Source: Auanema rhodensis (Eukaryota > Animalia > Nematoda). Taken from it: DNA of 64,000 nucleotides. The stretch's first letter is position 1. Each line of letters begins with the position of its first letter. The position numbers and the translations under genes are program-made. The notes beneath the pieces were generated by a model. That model was given only the letters and a program-made list of their open reading frames with translations, had not been told where the DNA came from and made no database searches. The stretch covers positions 11,780,001 through 11,844,000 of the forward strand of contig OZ059897.1 in assembly GCA_964057225.1 (NCBI GenBank), given 5' to 3'. Positions 50,061 to 64,000 of the stretch are shown here, piece by piece.

Positions 50061-53000
50061 ATGTGGTTTGAATTGCATCGATTGTTAGATTTTGTTCAAA
50101 ATTTCTCTAACATTGATGATGATCAATCAGTGGATGTATTACTTGTGGAGCTGGAAAAGCATAAGCTAAGATTGCAACAAATATGTAAAAATTCGCCCAA
50201 ATCGCCACAGGATCGAGCACTTCTTAAACCAGATACAGATATTAAAGTGAGCTATTGGGTTATTACAATTAGAGCGTTTTGATTTATAGGTTGATGGAAC
50301 AGCGATTTTAGTAGATGAGTCAATATGTGCAGAAACCAAAATTATTAGTGATATTTTCAATATCAATGAGCTTGAAGCTTTACAACTTGTTCTGTCAGGT
50401 TTGGAATAATGTAACATTTTAATAAATTTTCTGTTCTTTAAAGGTGAGTCTCAGCTTGCAAATTTCTCCGGTTTGAATCGTGGTCTGGTCGCTGTTATCT
50501 GCTATTATGATATGCATAGGTTTTTGTCAGAAGTTTTAAGAGTATGCAAATTTGAATGATAATTTCTAAAAAATGATGTATTGTTCAGATCGTTCTATCC
50601 TGGGATCGGTTTTCAATGACGGATAAATTAAAAACGTTTATAGAGAATAACTTGGCACAAGCTAATATTTTTAAGCATCTAATTGGTATTATCAGATAAT
50701 TGACATGAATGGTTTTACGGTTTTCTTTCAGAACTCCAAGGAAAATTTTCTGTACAATCTGAATTTTCATTATTATCACAACCGGATGTTAACGGATTAG
50801 GAGGTACACGACATCAACAAGTTGTATGTTCTTTTGTCTTGTTATTCGAGAGTACTGTTTTATGTTTAGCTACGTTCCCTCATTGAGGACATAAATGAAG
50901 CAACATCAGAAGCACTTTACTTCATTTGTGAATGGGCTGCAGATAAGAGTAAGGAATTAACAGCAGAACTTTATCCTATTCTAAAGGTATTTCTTTTCAA
51001 TGATTCTGTTACAAATGGATTTAGTCCGTTCCCGTTGCCGAAAGATTTTCTCCTTTTTTCTTATCGGTGTGGTGTTCATTGATTAAGCTAACATCTAGTG
51101 AAGTATTGAGTCAATGTATGTTTTAAAAACTTATCTTAATTATTTCCAAATTGCATCTAGCTTCCTCGGCATCCAGCACTATATCCGATATGATTGGCGA
51201 AATTCGTAATGAAACAACGTGGTCTGACCAATCCGTTTGCGGAACAGTGCAGTTGGCATGCGGCATTTCAATTCGAGCTATGGCTGTTAACACTGTTGAT
51301 CATCTAAGTATTCATTGAAATATTCTTTCGATATTATTTTTCGTGGATTTAGATATTGCTAATGTTGATATTGATGTGGATCGCCTTGTTGATAGAGCAG
51401 TACATAATCTAGCTCTAAAGTTCATAAGATATGGAATCTTAGCGTAATTTGTTTTTTCTTCTTCTTTGTTTTAATTGTGTTTTTAGTGCCGATTCTTTCA
51501 AGAATTGCCCTGCTCATTTGAAAATTGTTGACACCTTATTCAAACAGCTAATCTCTCATTTTCCTGCTAAGGTACTATTTTGTTTATTGAATTTTTTAAT
51601 AAGTATATATCAGCTGATGGAAATTGAAAGAAACAGTGAAGATGAGCTTAATTGGGTCGATCAAATGGCTGAAAAACAGCAACAGGTGAATTTATTTCTT
51701 AAAGTTTAACTTAAATAATTTATGTGTTTTTTAGGTGTCTCCTAACGGTCATTTTTCGACTATTTTGGGATGTATTGCCGATCTCTATAACATAGGAGAT
51801 TCTGCGAAGGTTTCAACTGCCGTTAAAAACATGGTTCATGATTTGAGCATTGGGTACAGTAGTATTGGATCGGTATAGTCTAATCGTTTTCTTTTTCAAA
51901 TTTTATTGTTTAGATGGAGCTATGTCGTTTTATGGAAAGGGCTCGAATTGCTTGCCATGCTGTCCACTCTGTTGCTTACTTAGAATTTCTTCGATCCGTT
52001 TGTAGAACTAAAGCAACAGCTGCTTTCCTTTTTGACATTTTTGCCAGAGTTCCTGCTTCACATGGTTAAATTATAATTGTAGGTGTTCTTATTTTTTTCA
52101 TTCAGAAACTATGTTTGGTTGGGAACAAGTTATGGGAGCTCTTCGCTCGTATGAACGTCTTTTCAGAGAGCACAAGCAAGTTGCTCCTCACTTCGGGTTT
52201 CAATCTAACTTTATAACTTTATCTATATCGCTCATTTTAAGGTCACAATTTCCAAATGCACCTAACATTCCTCCACAAGATTTAGCTGGTCTCATCTCTT
52301 GGATAAACGTAGCTAAATCAATAGCGCAATTGGTATTTAAGTGACTTTTCTTATTTAATGAAATCATGTTTTGTTAGGATAGTGAAGCAGCTACCATGTT
52401 TCTAGAAGATAGAAGTTGGTCATTAGTTGATGCCGCTATGGGAGTCATTGCTGCTCCTGTTCCTCTTGTTCTGAAAGGAGCTCTTTTTCATTTGTTAGCT
52501 GCTATTTCTCATAAAGAAGCAGCTGTTCAGAGGTTGTTCTCTACGCTTTGTCTTATAGTGTTTGTAATTTTTCAGAATATGGGCATCTTTACAATCATAC
52601 CAAATTTGCTCCTTCGCTGAAAATGGAGCGCTTTTGGGCTTACAACAAGAATTGGAAGAAAGAGAATGTGTTGAACGCCGTTTTGACACATCCGTAGGAT
52701 TTGTTCATCTGATGAATTCACTTTTGCAATTCAAGTAACTATTTTTTATTCTTTTAATTCGTTTATGAAAGTATAATAGTATTCCCGACATTGCTGCACC
52801 ATATCTTCAGTATCTTACAAAATCAATCGTTTCACAAATGGCTTCAAGATCGTACGAGAATGCTCAACAAATGGTATGAATAGTTTTATTTCAAAAATCA
52901 AACATGAAAATTCGATTTCTCTGTTCAAGTGATTTCGATTTTTTCTTCAAGCATCATAATGACACGCATTGTTATGGGGTGCGAACAACATATCAGTACG

Positions 53001-56000
53001 ATACAGCTCCTGAGTTTTTTCTTGGAAAAGTGATGTCATAGCATCGGCTCTTCCTTTAATAGTGGGCTCCTGTATCAATAACGGCTCTATCTGCGCTCTT
53101 CCGACACCTTCAGTAGTATTCATCAAAATCTGAGCTTCGCTGAACTGTTTTCCAGCTAACACAAAAAGTGGCTCACAAACTGCAAATGCATCCTCTAAAC
53201 TAGACGCGTACACCCCTCCAACCTGGAAAAGTATTATTATTTTAGTGTGCCAGAACTAATCAAACTTTGAAAATTCTTTCATTTTCTGGACCTGTTGGTG
53301 TGAAGTAAGCTAATGCGCTTATTTCCTCATTTTCCTCGAATTTACAGCAGCAATAGGTAAATGATAGCTCGAAAAATCTGAATATCATATTATATCCTTG
53401 AATGGTATATTTCTAATTAACCAACTTTTTCAAGAATTCTTTCCTATCTCTGCCAGTTACTAGCTTATCGAATTTGCAAATTCTACCGAACAGTTCACCT
53501 GTTGGTTCTTCAAAGATTTTTGTGTTGTGCACCTATATGAAAACATTGACAGATTTTACAGAATTTTTCTTTACCTTTGTTAAAAGCTTTTCTGCTATAT
53601 TCTTGAAACTTTTCCAAGGTCCCACAAATGCTCCTAAGGGTCCTCTTTCGTATGGGGTATCGTTGGCTTTATATCGAGGAGCCATCAATGGAACTATTAG
53701 TAAATAATAATCAAACTGCAATTAATGCTTTGTCTTACCTCCTCTTAGACCAAGCAATTTAGGGGTTGATTGAATACGCTCTAACGCTCTCTTCCACAAA
53801 ATTGATCCTATACCCTTTCCTCTAGTTTCTGGAGTTAACAAATAAAATCCAAGCCAAGCTAAGTTATCATATTCATTCCATACAACGGCACCGATGAATT
53901 GACCATCTGAATTCTCGCTTACTTTTAGAGCAGAATTATCTTCCAACAAACCTATTGTTTTAGCGAACACACTTCTTGTTGTTGGTAAATGTGGCACTAA
54001 GGTCAACACTGATTTATCATCCGAAAGCCATCTCTCACTTACAACTAATTGACTAAAAGTTTCCCAACAAGCGTCATCGCTGGGCAAGTTATCAACGATA
54101 ACGTAGTCAATCATCACCGAAAAACTGAATAAGAGAGTAGTGTCGGTAAAACAAAAAAGTTGAAATGAAAACTCATGAAAAAAAAAGGTTTATATATACG
54201 TGTATGATGCAAGAGCAATGCATTGTGACGAGAATGTGTATTGTACTTAGTCCAATCGATAAGTGATGCCTTCAGTGTAGTTATATCTTTTGTTTTATAC
54301 ACGTAGACTCAAGGTGCCAAGCTTTTAATCTTAATTTTTCTGTTTCAGTGGGAATTAGCTGAAGTCTCTTTGAGTGCTTTGCTTACCATACTGAAGAAGT
54401 CATATACTGATGCCAGGGCTGTTGCATTACGGGAACCACATGTGCAATTACTTGTTCAAATACTAAATGATACTCCTGTTTATAGAGCGGTATAGCTTTG
54501 TAAAATATATAATACTTTTTTGCAAATTTTAGATATGCACTGTATTAATGGAAGATTGTGATGTTTTCTTGAGTCCATCTCCCGGAGGTTACTCGCATCG
54601 ACCATCTCAGAGAGCTGCGCAAATCGCTATTGAGATTTTCTCACGTAAGAATTTATATAATCATTTTGTTTTTATTGTTGTATCAATTCTTCAAATATTA
54701 AAATTTTCAGTTGCATGCTCAAGATATAATGCTTTGAGATCATCAATTCGTGCGGCAAACTCTGATTTTCTTCTGGCTACTCTACAGGTTCTTATGCTAT
54801 CACCCTTAAGACAAACATCCGATAATGTTATTGATTTATGCTTTATCTATCTTGAACAGGTTTTTTTTTTTTAATTTTTTTTCAATCTTGAGAATTTATA
54901 GGCTGATGAGCTTCCTTGCCATGCCATGCATGCTGCCCAAATTATTCACGATCTCTGTTTAGTTCGACCTTCTCTTCAATCGGTTAATATTTATTTAGTA
55001 CGCTTCATTTATTTCTGTTCAGAAAATGGTTGAACAAATACGTCACAGAATGAGATCTACTGGAATACAGAGTCAAGTAAAGGCTATAAGATCTGTACTG
55101 AATTGCCAACAAGTGCAGTTTACCATTGAGGACCTTTTGAGTAAAGGTGTTTTTTTTACTTTTAATATCATATCATGTAATAAAATTCAGATTCTGAGGA
55201 AGTTGATCTTGTCTGGTGTCGTGGTGAAACCACACGATTAGTTCTTGAGTTTTTGGCAGATTCTGTTCAAGCTGATCCCAAAGGACAAAATATTTGTTAT
55301 CTTTTGTTTGGATTCCAACCTCCTAATAATGGACAATTATATGCTGATGGTGAATTATCAAATAATTATTTTGTTATAAATTGTTTTAAGATTCTCGGCG
55401 CACTGGTTTCCATGAGTTAATTCGAATTGTTGAACACTTTGAAAACGATCTTCCTCTCCAATTACCCTTCTCCGCTGTCATAGAACCTTCTTTCCGACTA
55501 TTGGTAAGTGAACTTCTTAGTTTTGCGTAATTTCTTTTATTTTAGCAACACCTTGTTTCTGTAGACAGCTCTTATGCAAACAATGTTCTAAGATATTTAA
55601 GATCTAGTGACTTGATAAAACGCCTGGTCTCGGCACCATCTTTAGTTGATTGCTTAAGCCGAGTTAGTTCATTTATAATGTATATACCTTTTTTTTAATA
55701 TTAGTATACGGCTTCTGATGAAACTTCAACAATGTTTTCATTGTCCCGAATGATAGCTGGATCAGTATTACATCTGTGTGCATTGGAAATATCTTATTTA
55801 TTGAAAAATGGTAGACTTATTATTCAAAATTTTATATGGTTGCAATCGTTTTAGGTCATTTCGAGAAACCTGCTGAGTTGTATCGTATTTTGCTTGACAG
55901 CAGAGACGAAGAGATTACTGACCCTGACTCTCCTAATCTGCTTTTCAGGTAAACCAATATATTTTGTTTTTATATTATCTTAAAAAATGTATTGATGTAG

Positions 56001-59000
56001 TATTCTTCAAAAAAGTCATATTACTGTGAATACCGAAATTGAGTTCCCGAAGCTTAATCATTTTAATTCTCAAAAACTTCATCAAGTGAGTTTGCATTTC
56101 TTATAATATACTATATTTCTTATTAAGTTGTTTGATGACTGTAAAACGAAAACAGTTTTTGGGATTATTCAAACTGATGTAGAATGCCTTCATTCTCTCC
56201 TAAGACGGGAAATACTAGCCACCCTTAATGAAGATGTGTCTTATGTTGAAAGAGTATTTTTCTTCACAATTTTATATATTGTACTATGATTTAAGGAAAT
56301 GACTGCGGTGTTAGAGTATTGTACAGATCTTAATAGCGAGTTACTTCAAAGAGGTTCAACATCAAGTTTGGTTTCTGGTTGTACTGCTCTGCTTAATATC
56401 ATTGCTGTATTTTCACCTGTACCTTTCCTTTCTACTGGTTTATTTCTTTCTAATAATAATTTTTATTTTATTCTTTTCAGTCAGCCAGCTTGATATTTTA
56501 ACAGACGCTTCTTTCATTCTTATGGAATTTGCTAGTTCGTGTCCTTCTGAACCTCTTGTGAATATTTGTGACACAATTCTTCGCGTATGTAAAGCTATTT
56601 GCATTATGTCAAAAGAAGTTCACACTGAGGTTAGTTGTTTTGATTCAAACCAATTACCAAATCGAAGTATAAATATTTATTGTAATTATTACACTTATTT
56701 TCCTGTTTGGTAGTTGTCGCTTCCTCCGTTGGTGGAAGAAGAACCGTCCTTGGCTCTCTGTGGGCATGGACAGTATTCGGCATCATGTCCTGGTCTTCCG
56801 ACTCCTCCTTCACCTCCTGGTGGCCCATCGAGTCCACGAGCTCCCTATTAAAAGTACATTAACATAGTCACATTACTATAATCTTACTGGTCCTCCTGGT
56901 CCTCCTGGAGCTCCTCCTGGTCCAGCGGCTCCAACTGGTCCGTCTTTGCCATTATCTCCTTGTGGTCCTTGTTCTCCTTGTGGTCCACGTTGTCCCTTTG
57001 GTCCTGGTCTTCCAATTGGTTTACGTCCGTCCATACCCTTTTCTCCTGGTGGTCCATCTGGTCCAATTCTTCCTGGTGGTCCTGGGGGTCCCATTTCTCC
57101 TGGACGTCCTGGGTTTCCATCACGACCTTCACGTCCCATGTTTCCATCAGCTCCCTTCATTCCGCGTGGTCCTGGTCTTCCTAATGGTCCTGGAGGTCCT
57201 GGAGGTCCTTGTGGACAGTGGAAGCACATGCCAATATCTTGAGCAGCTGGCTCAACATCTTGAGAATCAACTCCTGGTTTTCCGTCAATTCCTGGAATTC
57301 CATTTGGTCCTGGAGTTCCGGGAGATCCTAAAATGATAAGATAAGATTAATAACTTAAATATTTTTTTCAACCTTTTGGTCCAATTGGTCCTGGGTTGCA
57401 TTTGTTCTCGGCGTTGCAAGAGCATCCAGGAGATGGTTCTGGTCCAGCTGGAGGCATAGCGAATCCATGAGATGGAGCAGATGGTTGATTGACTCCTCCC
57501 TCATTGTATACGTTAGCTGAGTTGGCAGAGTAAGCATCACGTCTCTGACGTCTGGATCCAATAGTAATCATGTCCTTCCACATCTCATCAGTGTTAGCGC
57601 GGAAAGTAATCATTTCTCCATCTAACTCAGACCAGAAGTCCTGGACATTAGTGTAGATTTGTCCCATTGCCATAAGGCAACAGACTAATGCTATGCCACT
57701 CATAGAGCTGGCTACAAACGTAGCCGTATGGACTTGCATGTCTGTAAACATATATTTTATTAATAAAACTGTTTAATAAGAAAAATTTTCTAAGTTAAAA
57801 AACATTTCATCGAGAGTAATGGAAATCTAGACATTATTCGAGAAATTTGCGCTTAAATACTTATCCAAACGGATATCAAAACTAGTTAAGACTAAACGTT
57901 AGTAGTTAATGATAATCGGCCCAGTTTGTCTATCTTATAGCAATCTAGATATTTGGGTGTTCTATCATTTGTTCCCTTTTTCAGCTACCTGAGTTACGTA
58001 CTGTGATAGCTGACCTGTTTACACCTTTAATTGAGTTATTGGTTCAACCTGGAGAAAAACCATTGCAGGCTAAAGTAGGTTATTGAAAGCGCGTGGGTAC
58101 AATATCTTTTTCCAGTTCTCCTTATATGATGCTGCTCGTTTATATTTGAAAACTTGTTACAGCACAAAAGATATTGAGGTATTTTCCTATCAAAAAAAAA
58201 TATTTTTATTAAAATATTTCAGACAGTTCCAACTTCTGCTGAATGGCTTCTCGACGGAAATGGACCATCAGTAGCTTCTAGAGATCCTTTCCGGGTATCA
58301 ATCGATAAGTTTGCTTACGAAATAAGCCGACGTACGGCTACAGATATTGCCGATCTTCCAATACATTTAAAGGTATATAATTTTTTAAAAAAAGGCTAAA
58401 AATGTCTAACTAATACAACTCTTACATATTCCAGCTATTATTCATTTCCTCTTTAATTTTCAGATTGCCCCACTACTGTTTTTAAAAGATATTCTACATG
58501 AAGATGCGAATAATTCTAAGAGGGTATCAGCATGCAATGATTTATGATCTCTATTACTAGTTACAGGTTGCATCGTTTTTCTCGCAAACTGGTATGCCTC
58601 GATATATGACGGAGCTTTTGAATGAGATAGAGATAGATTGGGACCTGTTATCACGTAAAGATGCTGATCACACGCTAAGACATAAACTCTTCATTACATT
58701 ATTGGTTTGAACCTACTGGAGAAGATTGCTAATTATGTTTTACAGTTAACACTTATACGACTCTCACTCACTGAACCAGGATGGAATTCTTTGGCTGAGT
58801 TAGCTCTTCCTGAAGTACTTACTCATTTAACAGCCTTGAAAAACCCTCCTAAGCAGATCTTCATACAACCTGCTACTGTTAATTCGTAAGATTCTTATGT
58901 AATACAAAGGTTTATATATTTTCTCCAGAAAAGATACACCATCTTACCTTTTCGCCAATTCAGTTGATCTCGTTAGTCATTTATGTCTAGCTTTATGTGC

Positions 59001-59374
59001 TAAACCAAAATGGAAAAGAATCTCTTTAAAGGTAAAATTTTGGAATATTTAATTGATAGCTTAATTGAATGCTTGTAGATATTAGATGTGATACATTCGC
59101 ATGGAGAAATGCTGAGTCAATTGATGAGAGCTGAGATTTACTGTTCTGCTGTAGAAACAGCATCAAATCTTATCCAACAGATTTATGAAGATGGTATACT
59201 TACATATATACTTACATATATATTTATAATTTATTTTTAGACGAGGTCACTCGCACCGTTATTGATAGTGAAGCTGTTTTACGTCTTCTTAGACAAAGAA
59301 AAACTGGCGATTCCAAGCGTCAACCTTTGAAAGACAGTAATATATCATTTAATACACCTAATCGGCTTTTATAA
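50061..59374 (+). CDS. npp-3: Nucleoporin Nup205 (true start may lie in an upstream exon)
   Basis: [90 protein letters not shown]; two large introns host nested genes. Confidence 0.93.
52947..54114 (-). CDS. Nematode GNAT acetyltransferase (YitH/DUF1248-like) nested antisense in a Nup205 intron
   Basis: [23 protein letters not shown] (GNAT motif A), [31 protein letters not shown]; lies within intron 52874-54348. Confidence 0.85.
56695..57739 (-). CDS. Nematode cuticle collagen nested antisense in a Nup205 intron
   Basis: [11 protein letters not shown].. N-terminal cuticle-collagen domain, RRQRR cleavage site, [15 protein letters not shown], Gly-X-Y runs, [17 protein letters not shown]; lies within intron 56630-57984. 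Confidence 0.97.
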
Positions 59375-59608
59375 GTTATAAGTTGTTCTGTTCGAAATAA
59401 ATCTTTATACATCTCTGTTTTGTTTCTATACCTAACCCTCCCAAAGAAAATGCCGTATGTAGTAACTGTTTTAAGTCTGCTCCATGGCTAACTACTCGCC
59501 GCCCACATTTCCGTGAAGCAACTGCATACGTTCTAAATTGCGCGTACCATTTAATTTTAAACTATTTGTTTATTTGTTTATTATATATATTTTTTTATAT
59601 TTAAGAAA

Positions 59609-61150
59609 ATGGCCGATGATGAATTGTCCAGGTCTTCCGCAGGTGCTGATGATGATTATGAGGAAGTCGATGATAACGGAGAGGATTACGAAGGTAATTT
59701 TTAAAATACAAACTGAGCACAAGTTATCATATAGCGACTCTCGATGAAGAGGAGGGACTGGCGCAAGAAGATTATGCAAATGAACTTAGGGGTATTTTTT
59801 AATTTTTTTTTTACAAATATATTATAATATCTTATTTTATACTGCAAATCTAGAAACGAAATCCGGACCAAAATATATTTCTTGCTATATAAATATTACT
59901 ATTGGTTACTTATACATAATATATTATCTAATTTTATACAATACTTTATTACCTAATTTTTTATTATTTTATTTGAAAATATGTTATTCAGATTTGGAAG
60001 ATGAAGGAGAGATGTCTATTGAAGAACTTCGTAAGAAATATGGTGTCCCGGACCAATATGAAAATATTGAACCTGAGGTAATTTTTTAAATGTTTTGTTC
60101 TTATTTTTTTGTTTTTCGTCTTTAATCTTATTTTTTTATTTTTTTTTATTTTATTTTATTTTTTATTTCAGCCTCAGAGTTCAGAAGAAACGGAAGATTT
60201 TTTAGCAGTGGAAGATGAAACCGAAGGAGAAGATGATAATGATTATACCCCTCCCGACCCTTGGAGAAAAGAGGTTTGTGATACATTATATTAGTTACTC
60301 TTTTTTTTTTAGCCTAGAGTCGATGAAGTAGTTTATCAAGCTGTTATTCCGGATTTTGAGGGACCTTGCAATGATGCTGATCCAAGAGCAACCAAGCCGT
60401 TGTGGATGCCCTCCACAAGTATTAGTGACAATGAAATCAATAATTTTTTACAAGATGTGGTTCCTAATCGTACAGATTTGGACAATAGACGAGATTTGAA
60501 ATTGAATAAGGTTTGACTAGTATTTAATCGCTATTTAAATATTTTTGTTTAGTTACGGGACGAAGAAGATGCATTATATGCGCTAATGGAATGTAATTAT
60601 GATATAAATAAAGCCAAAGTAAGAATAATAATAAAAAGATAATATCTTAATAATTATTAAAGACTCTTTCGAAAACCGACGGTTTTACTAAAATCAATGC
60701 ACCTTCGAGGACGATAAACCCTAACTCTCCTAAGTGGACAGAAACTGAACAACAAATGTTCGTTGCTGCTTTAACTGATATAGGAAAGAATTTCTCAGAT
60801 ATTCAAAGAGATAGAGTTTGTTTGAAAAACTTATAGAAACTTACATGTACCTTTGTTTTAGATGTCTTACCGTCTTGTTGGTGAACTCGTAGACTTTTAT
60901 TACTCTTGGAAAAAGACCGAAAGGTTTGTTTATTTAATTTATTTTTATCTCATCATTTAAATGCAGTTATAAGAGTTATCGCGAACGACTCCGGCAAACT
61001 GAAGCCGAATATGCAGCTTTTACTAGCTCAATCGGAGATTGTGTCGTTCAGCCTGAAACTAATTCTCTGTTGGTTTCAAATACTGAGCATGAAAAAATTA
61101 ATTCTTGGGAAGCCACTAAAGAGAAAAGTGATCCCGAAACCCATGGATGA
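59609..61150 (+). CDS. MIER-like ELM2-SANT corepressor
   Basis: TLDEEE..ELRDLEDEGEMSIEELRKKYG, DNDYTPPDPWRKE, YQAVIP, RDEEDALYAL, WTETEQQMF..GKNFSDIQ..VGELVDFYYSWKKTER. Confidence 0.88.
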
Positions 61151-61856
61151 AAACTGTAAGCGTTTTGTCTTAACTCAAATTATATTTTGATGATTTTGTA
61201 TTTTTATGTTTGAGCTATTAATTCTGATCATCAAATGACAGATCATTTTAAATTGTCTACACCTAGTACCGATGTATGTATTTACCTATGTATTACGTTA
61301 CTTTCTTGCTTGATATCTTGTATAGAAATTTTTCTGGAATGGCACTTATTCCTGTTTCAAGCATGCTCTGTTATGTTTCAAAGTAAGTCATCGTCTCTAG
61401 TGGCAATGGTTTATAACCTCTCAAAATAATTGAATCTCATAACCTATCTGTTTTATGCTTATAACAACAATAAACTTGAAGACAAGTCTGTTTTGTTTGT
61501 AGTTTTTTATAAATGTGATCCGAAACATTTTTGGATAAGTTTATTATTTCGTTATGATTCATATGTTTACAATATGAAGCAAACTCACACAGTATGAAAG
61601 ATTTGAATGTAGTGATAGTTACTGATTAATATAACGATTGACATGACCTATTCAATTCATGATGATATTGACTCTTTATAAACATTTTATAAAAAATTTG
61701 ATTCTGTCAGAAAAAAATGACTAGTATATTGAGCATATTAGAGGAATGAATAGATACATACATTAAAGTGAAGCAACATGAGACCAATAATCAAAGTTAC
61801 ACAGCAATCACTTATAATGAATAAGTATTGTCTGAGTAACTTGATTTTCATTCAAA

Positions 61857-63893
61857 TCAAGATAAACCTATCAGAATTGATATAGCTACACCAGCACCAA
61901 TAGCTATAGCAATGAATAACAATATGATCAAGGTCTGAAGTCTTTGGATCTAAAAAGAAATTTAGATAAACATATTTTTGAATAATACAAACCTTAGGAT
62001 CAATGGTAACAGAGGAGGAGCGACCTCCTGAGCCACCCATTCTTACCATTTCCATTTCTGCTCCAACTCGGCCACGATTTGAGTACCAATCTAATACATA
62101 TAAGGATGTAAACATATTTCCAGAAACCTAACTTTTGATTTTTAAAACTTCAAGAACTATTAAGGTTACTCCTACGGCAGCTATAAATGCTATGTAAATT
62201 CCTAAGGCAGCTTTACGATTACTAAACATTCCATCAAAATGTACACAAGCAATCATAATAGCAGCAGCTAAAACAATTTATCAAAAAAAAATAATTAAAA
62301 ACCATGATGAATTACCTGCCATTAACCAAGCTCCAGCACCAAGAAAACGATGAATAATATTAAAGATGAAACGGGCCTTAGAATCTGGATTGCATCTGAA
62401 CCAAATAATAATTTTGATAAAAAAAACTGTAAACTATTAACCTGAAAATAGCATTTAAAGGTTGTGCCCATGCAACACAACATGCAAGAAGTCCCAAGAT
62501 TGCGTGAATTGATCCCCATCGCTGGTTCTAAAGTAACATATTAATAAAGTCTCAATGATGATTTCTAATTATTACCTGTTCTCTAGTTTGAGTAGCTTTC
62601 GGACCAGTCCAAACCCAGTCTTGGGCAACAAATATGCAAACAAATCCACAGATTGTGGCAGCAACACCAATTATATTTAAAGTACGGTGCAGCTAAAAAT
62701 AAATAAGATTATCTTCAGTTTGAGATGAAAAACTTACATTAAACCATAATTTTACACCTAAAATTATCGTGTCCGGACAATGATCACGGAAATGACGGGC
62801 AAAAAGAATACCAGTAGTAATGAATACTGACCAAGATAAAACCATTAAAATACCTTTAATTAATTAAGAAATTGAAGAATAACATTCAGATTTTACCATG
62901 AGCAATTTTTAATTTTTGGAATTTTGTTTTCGGTGGCTTAACACCAGAAATATCAAGAGCTGAAATTAGAGAATAATACTATTTCTTCATTAACTGCCTA
63001 CCTGCTTCATTTTGATCAATACCATTACTTGTGTAAACTCTTAGATTAGTTGGAGGAGCTACATACCGTCTATCTGAATGATATTGAAGAGCTGAAGAAA
63101 TATAAAAGTTAGTTTATACATATTGAAAATTTATTATACTTGTCATAGTTCCTTCCATTGTTAAAGGTCCAGCTGAAGACAAAATGTAGTAATTCTCATT
63201 CAAGTTTTTAATATTTTTAAAATTAGGAATAATTTTTTGCCTAAATTATTTCGTTAAACCCTATGTTACATCGTGTTTATTATACTAACTTGATGTTACA
63301 GTATGCACTGCCATCAATAGCTTGAGCTCGCACAACCTCTTGAATTCCAGCCTCATTCTTAATAATAGATGAGTAATACTAATAAAAACCAACACTTTCT
63401 TACAATAACTTGATTAGATTTTCCAGTGTTATAACCCAGACCAGAAACAGCTGCTCCATTAACTTGCCCACAGAAAACTACCGAATCGTTACCCTAACAG
63501 CAGATAGCATTAGTACAATTATTGTAAAAAAAATAAAATTTACCATCTGATTATCTTCTGAAAATCCAATAGCTACATAACCATTTCCTGGTGTAGCACC
63601 AAAAATTTCCATATTTAGATAATCACCATCTATCTATAAGAATTGATATGATGAATCATACATATCCAACGTTTGCTTACGAAGTAAGAGAAAGATATTT
63701 GACAGTTTCCATTATTCGGATCACAAGTACTTGGTTGGAATAAGCATCCTTTTCTTTCTCCACAAGTTGAAGAATCAAATTGAGCAGTTATAAGCTATAA
63801 AAAGAAAAAAATTAGAAAAATATGAAATTGTTTCACCTGTATTGATGTTAAAGCTAATATCGTTAAAATCGTATAAGGCATATCTGTCGGCAT
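61857..63893 (-). CDS. DOMON + cytochrome b561 ferric-chelate reductase-like protein
   Basis: CGERKGCLF, GYVAIGFSEDNQMGNDSVVFC (DOMON), KIAHGILMVLSW, WFNLHRTLN, HAILG, RCNPDSKARFIFNYIHRFLG. Confidence 0.92.
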
Positions 63894-64000
63894 TTCTAAA
63901 TATAAAATATTTCAGTAAGTCAACGGCGCTTAAAACAGAATCATAGTGATACTACAAAGAAAATTTCACAATTCAAAACTTTGAATTTTTTTTTGATTAC

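Noticed and set aside
56884-57336. Multiple overlapping ORFs
   Set aside because: Shadow frames of the Gly-X-Y collagen repeat.
1-64000. CRISPR arrays, rRNA/tRNA genes, telomeric TTAGGC arrays or DNA-elimination motifs, recoded stop codons
   Set aside because: None seen; the in-frame stops I checked fall in GT-AG introns, and I cannot reliably call elimination motifs by eye.

Overview
AT-rich, gene-dense and very intron-dense eukaryotic DNA from a rhabditid-type nematode (cuticle collagen, acceptor-like TTTAG/TTTCAG just before most start codons, 40-60 nt introns). Hand-splicing gives about 24 genes: ISCA2, lin-7, MRPL27, ELOF1, glycogen debranching enzyme, eIF3g, ARL2, TMEM42, an RRM/F-box/LRR protein, BRF1, MRPL14, a C1orf53-like protein, NDUFB5, VPS13D, PET117, FAXC/GST-like, a CPG4-domain protein, GT14, Nup205 (hosting an antisense GNAT gene and an antisense collagen), MIER-like, a DOMON/cyt-b561 protein and an unannotated 18-exon gene, plus a mariner relic. 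Main findings: (1) the 18-exon gene reads as a highly diverged, ZZ/UBA-less NBR1-like autophagy receptor (PB1, KE coiled coil, FW domain, C-terminal LIR) with a perfect CLEAR/E-box upstream; (2) one mitochondrial-leader exon splices in frame to two unrelated proteins (C1orf53-like and MRPL14); (3) a 134-nt GC-rich multi-stem element that matches no RNA family I recognise; (4) very relaxed 3' splice sites (frequent AAG/GAG acceptors, one with no pyrimidine tract). All calls are from reading the sequence by eye; no searches were run.
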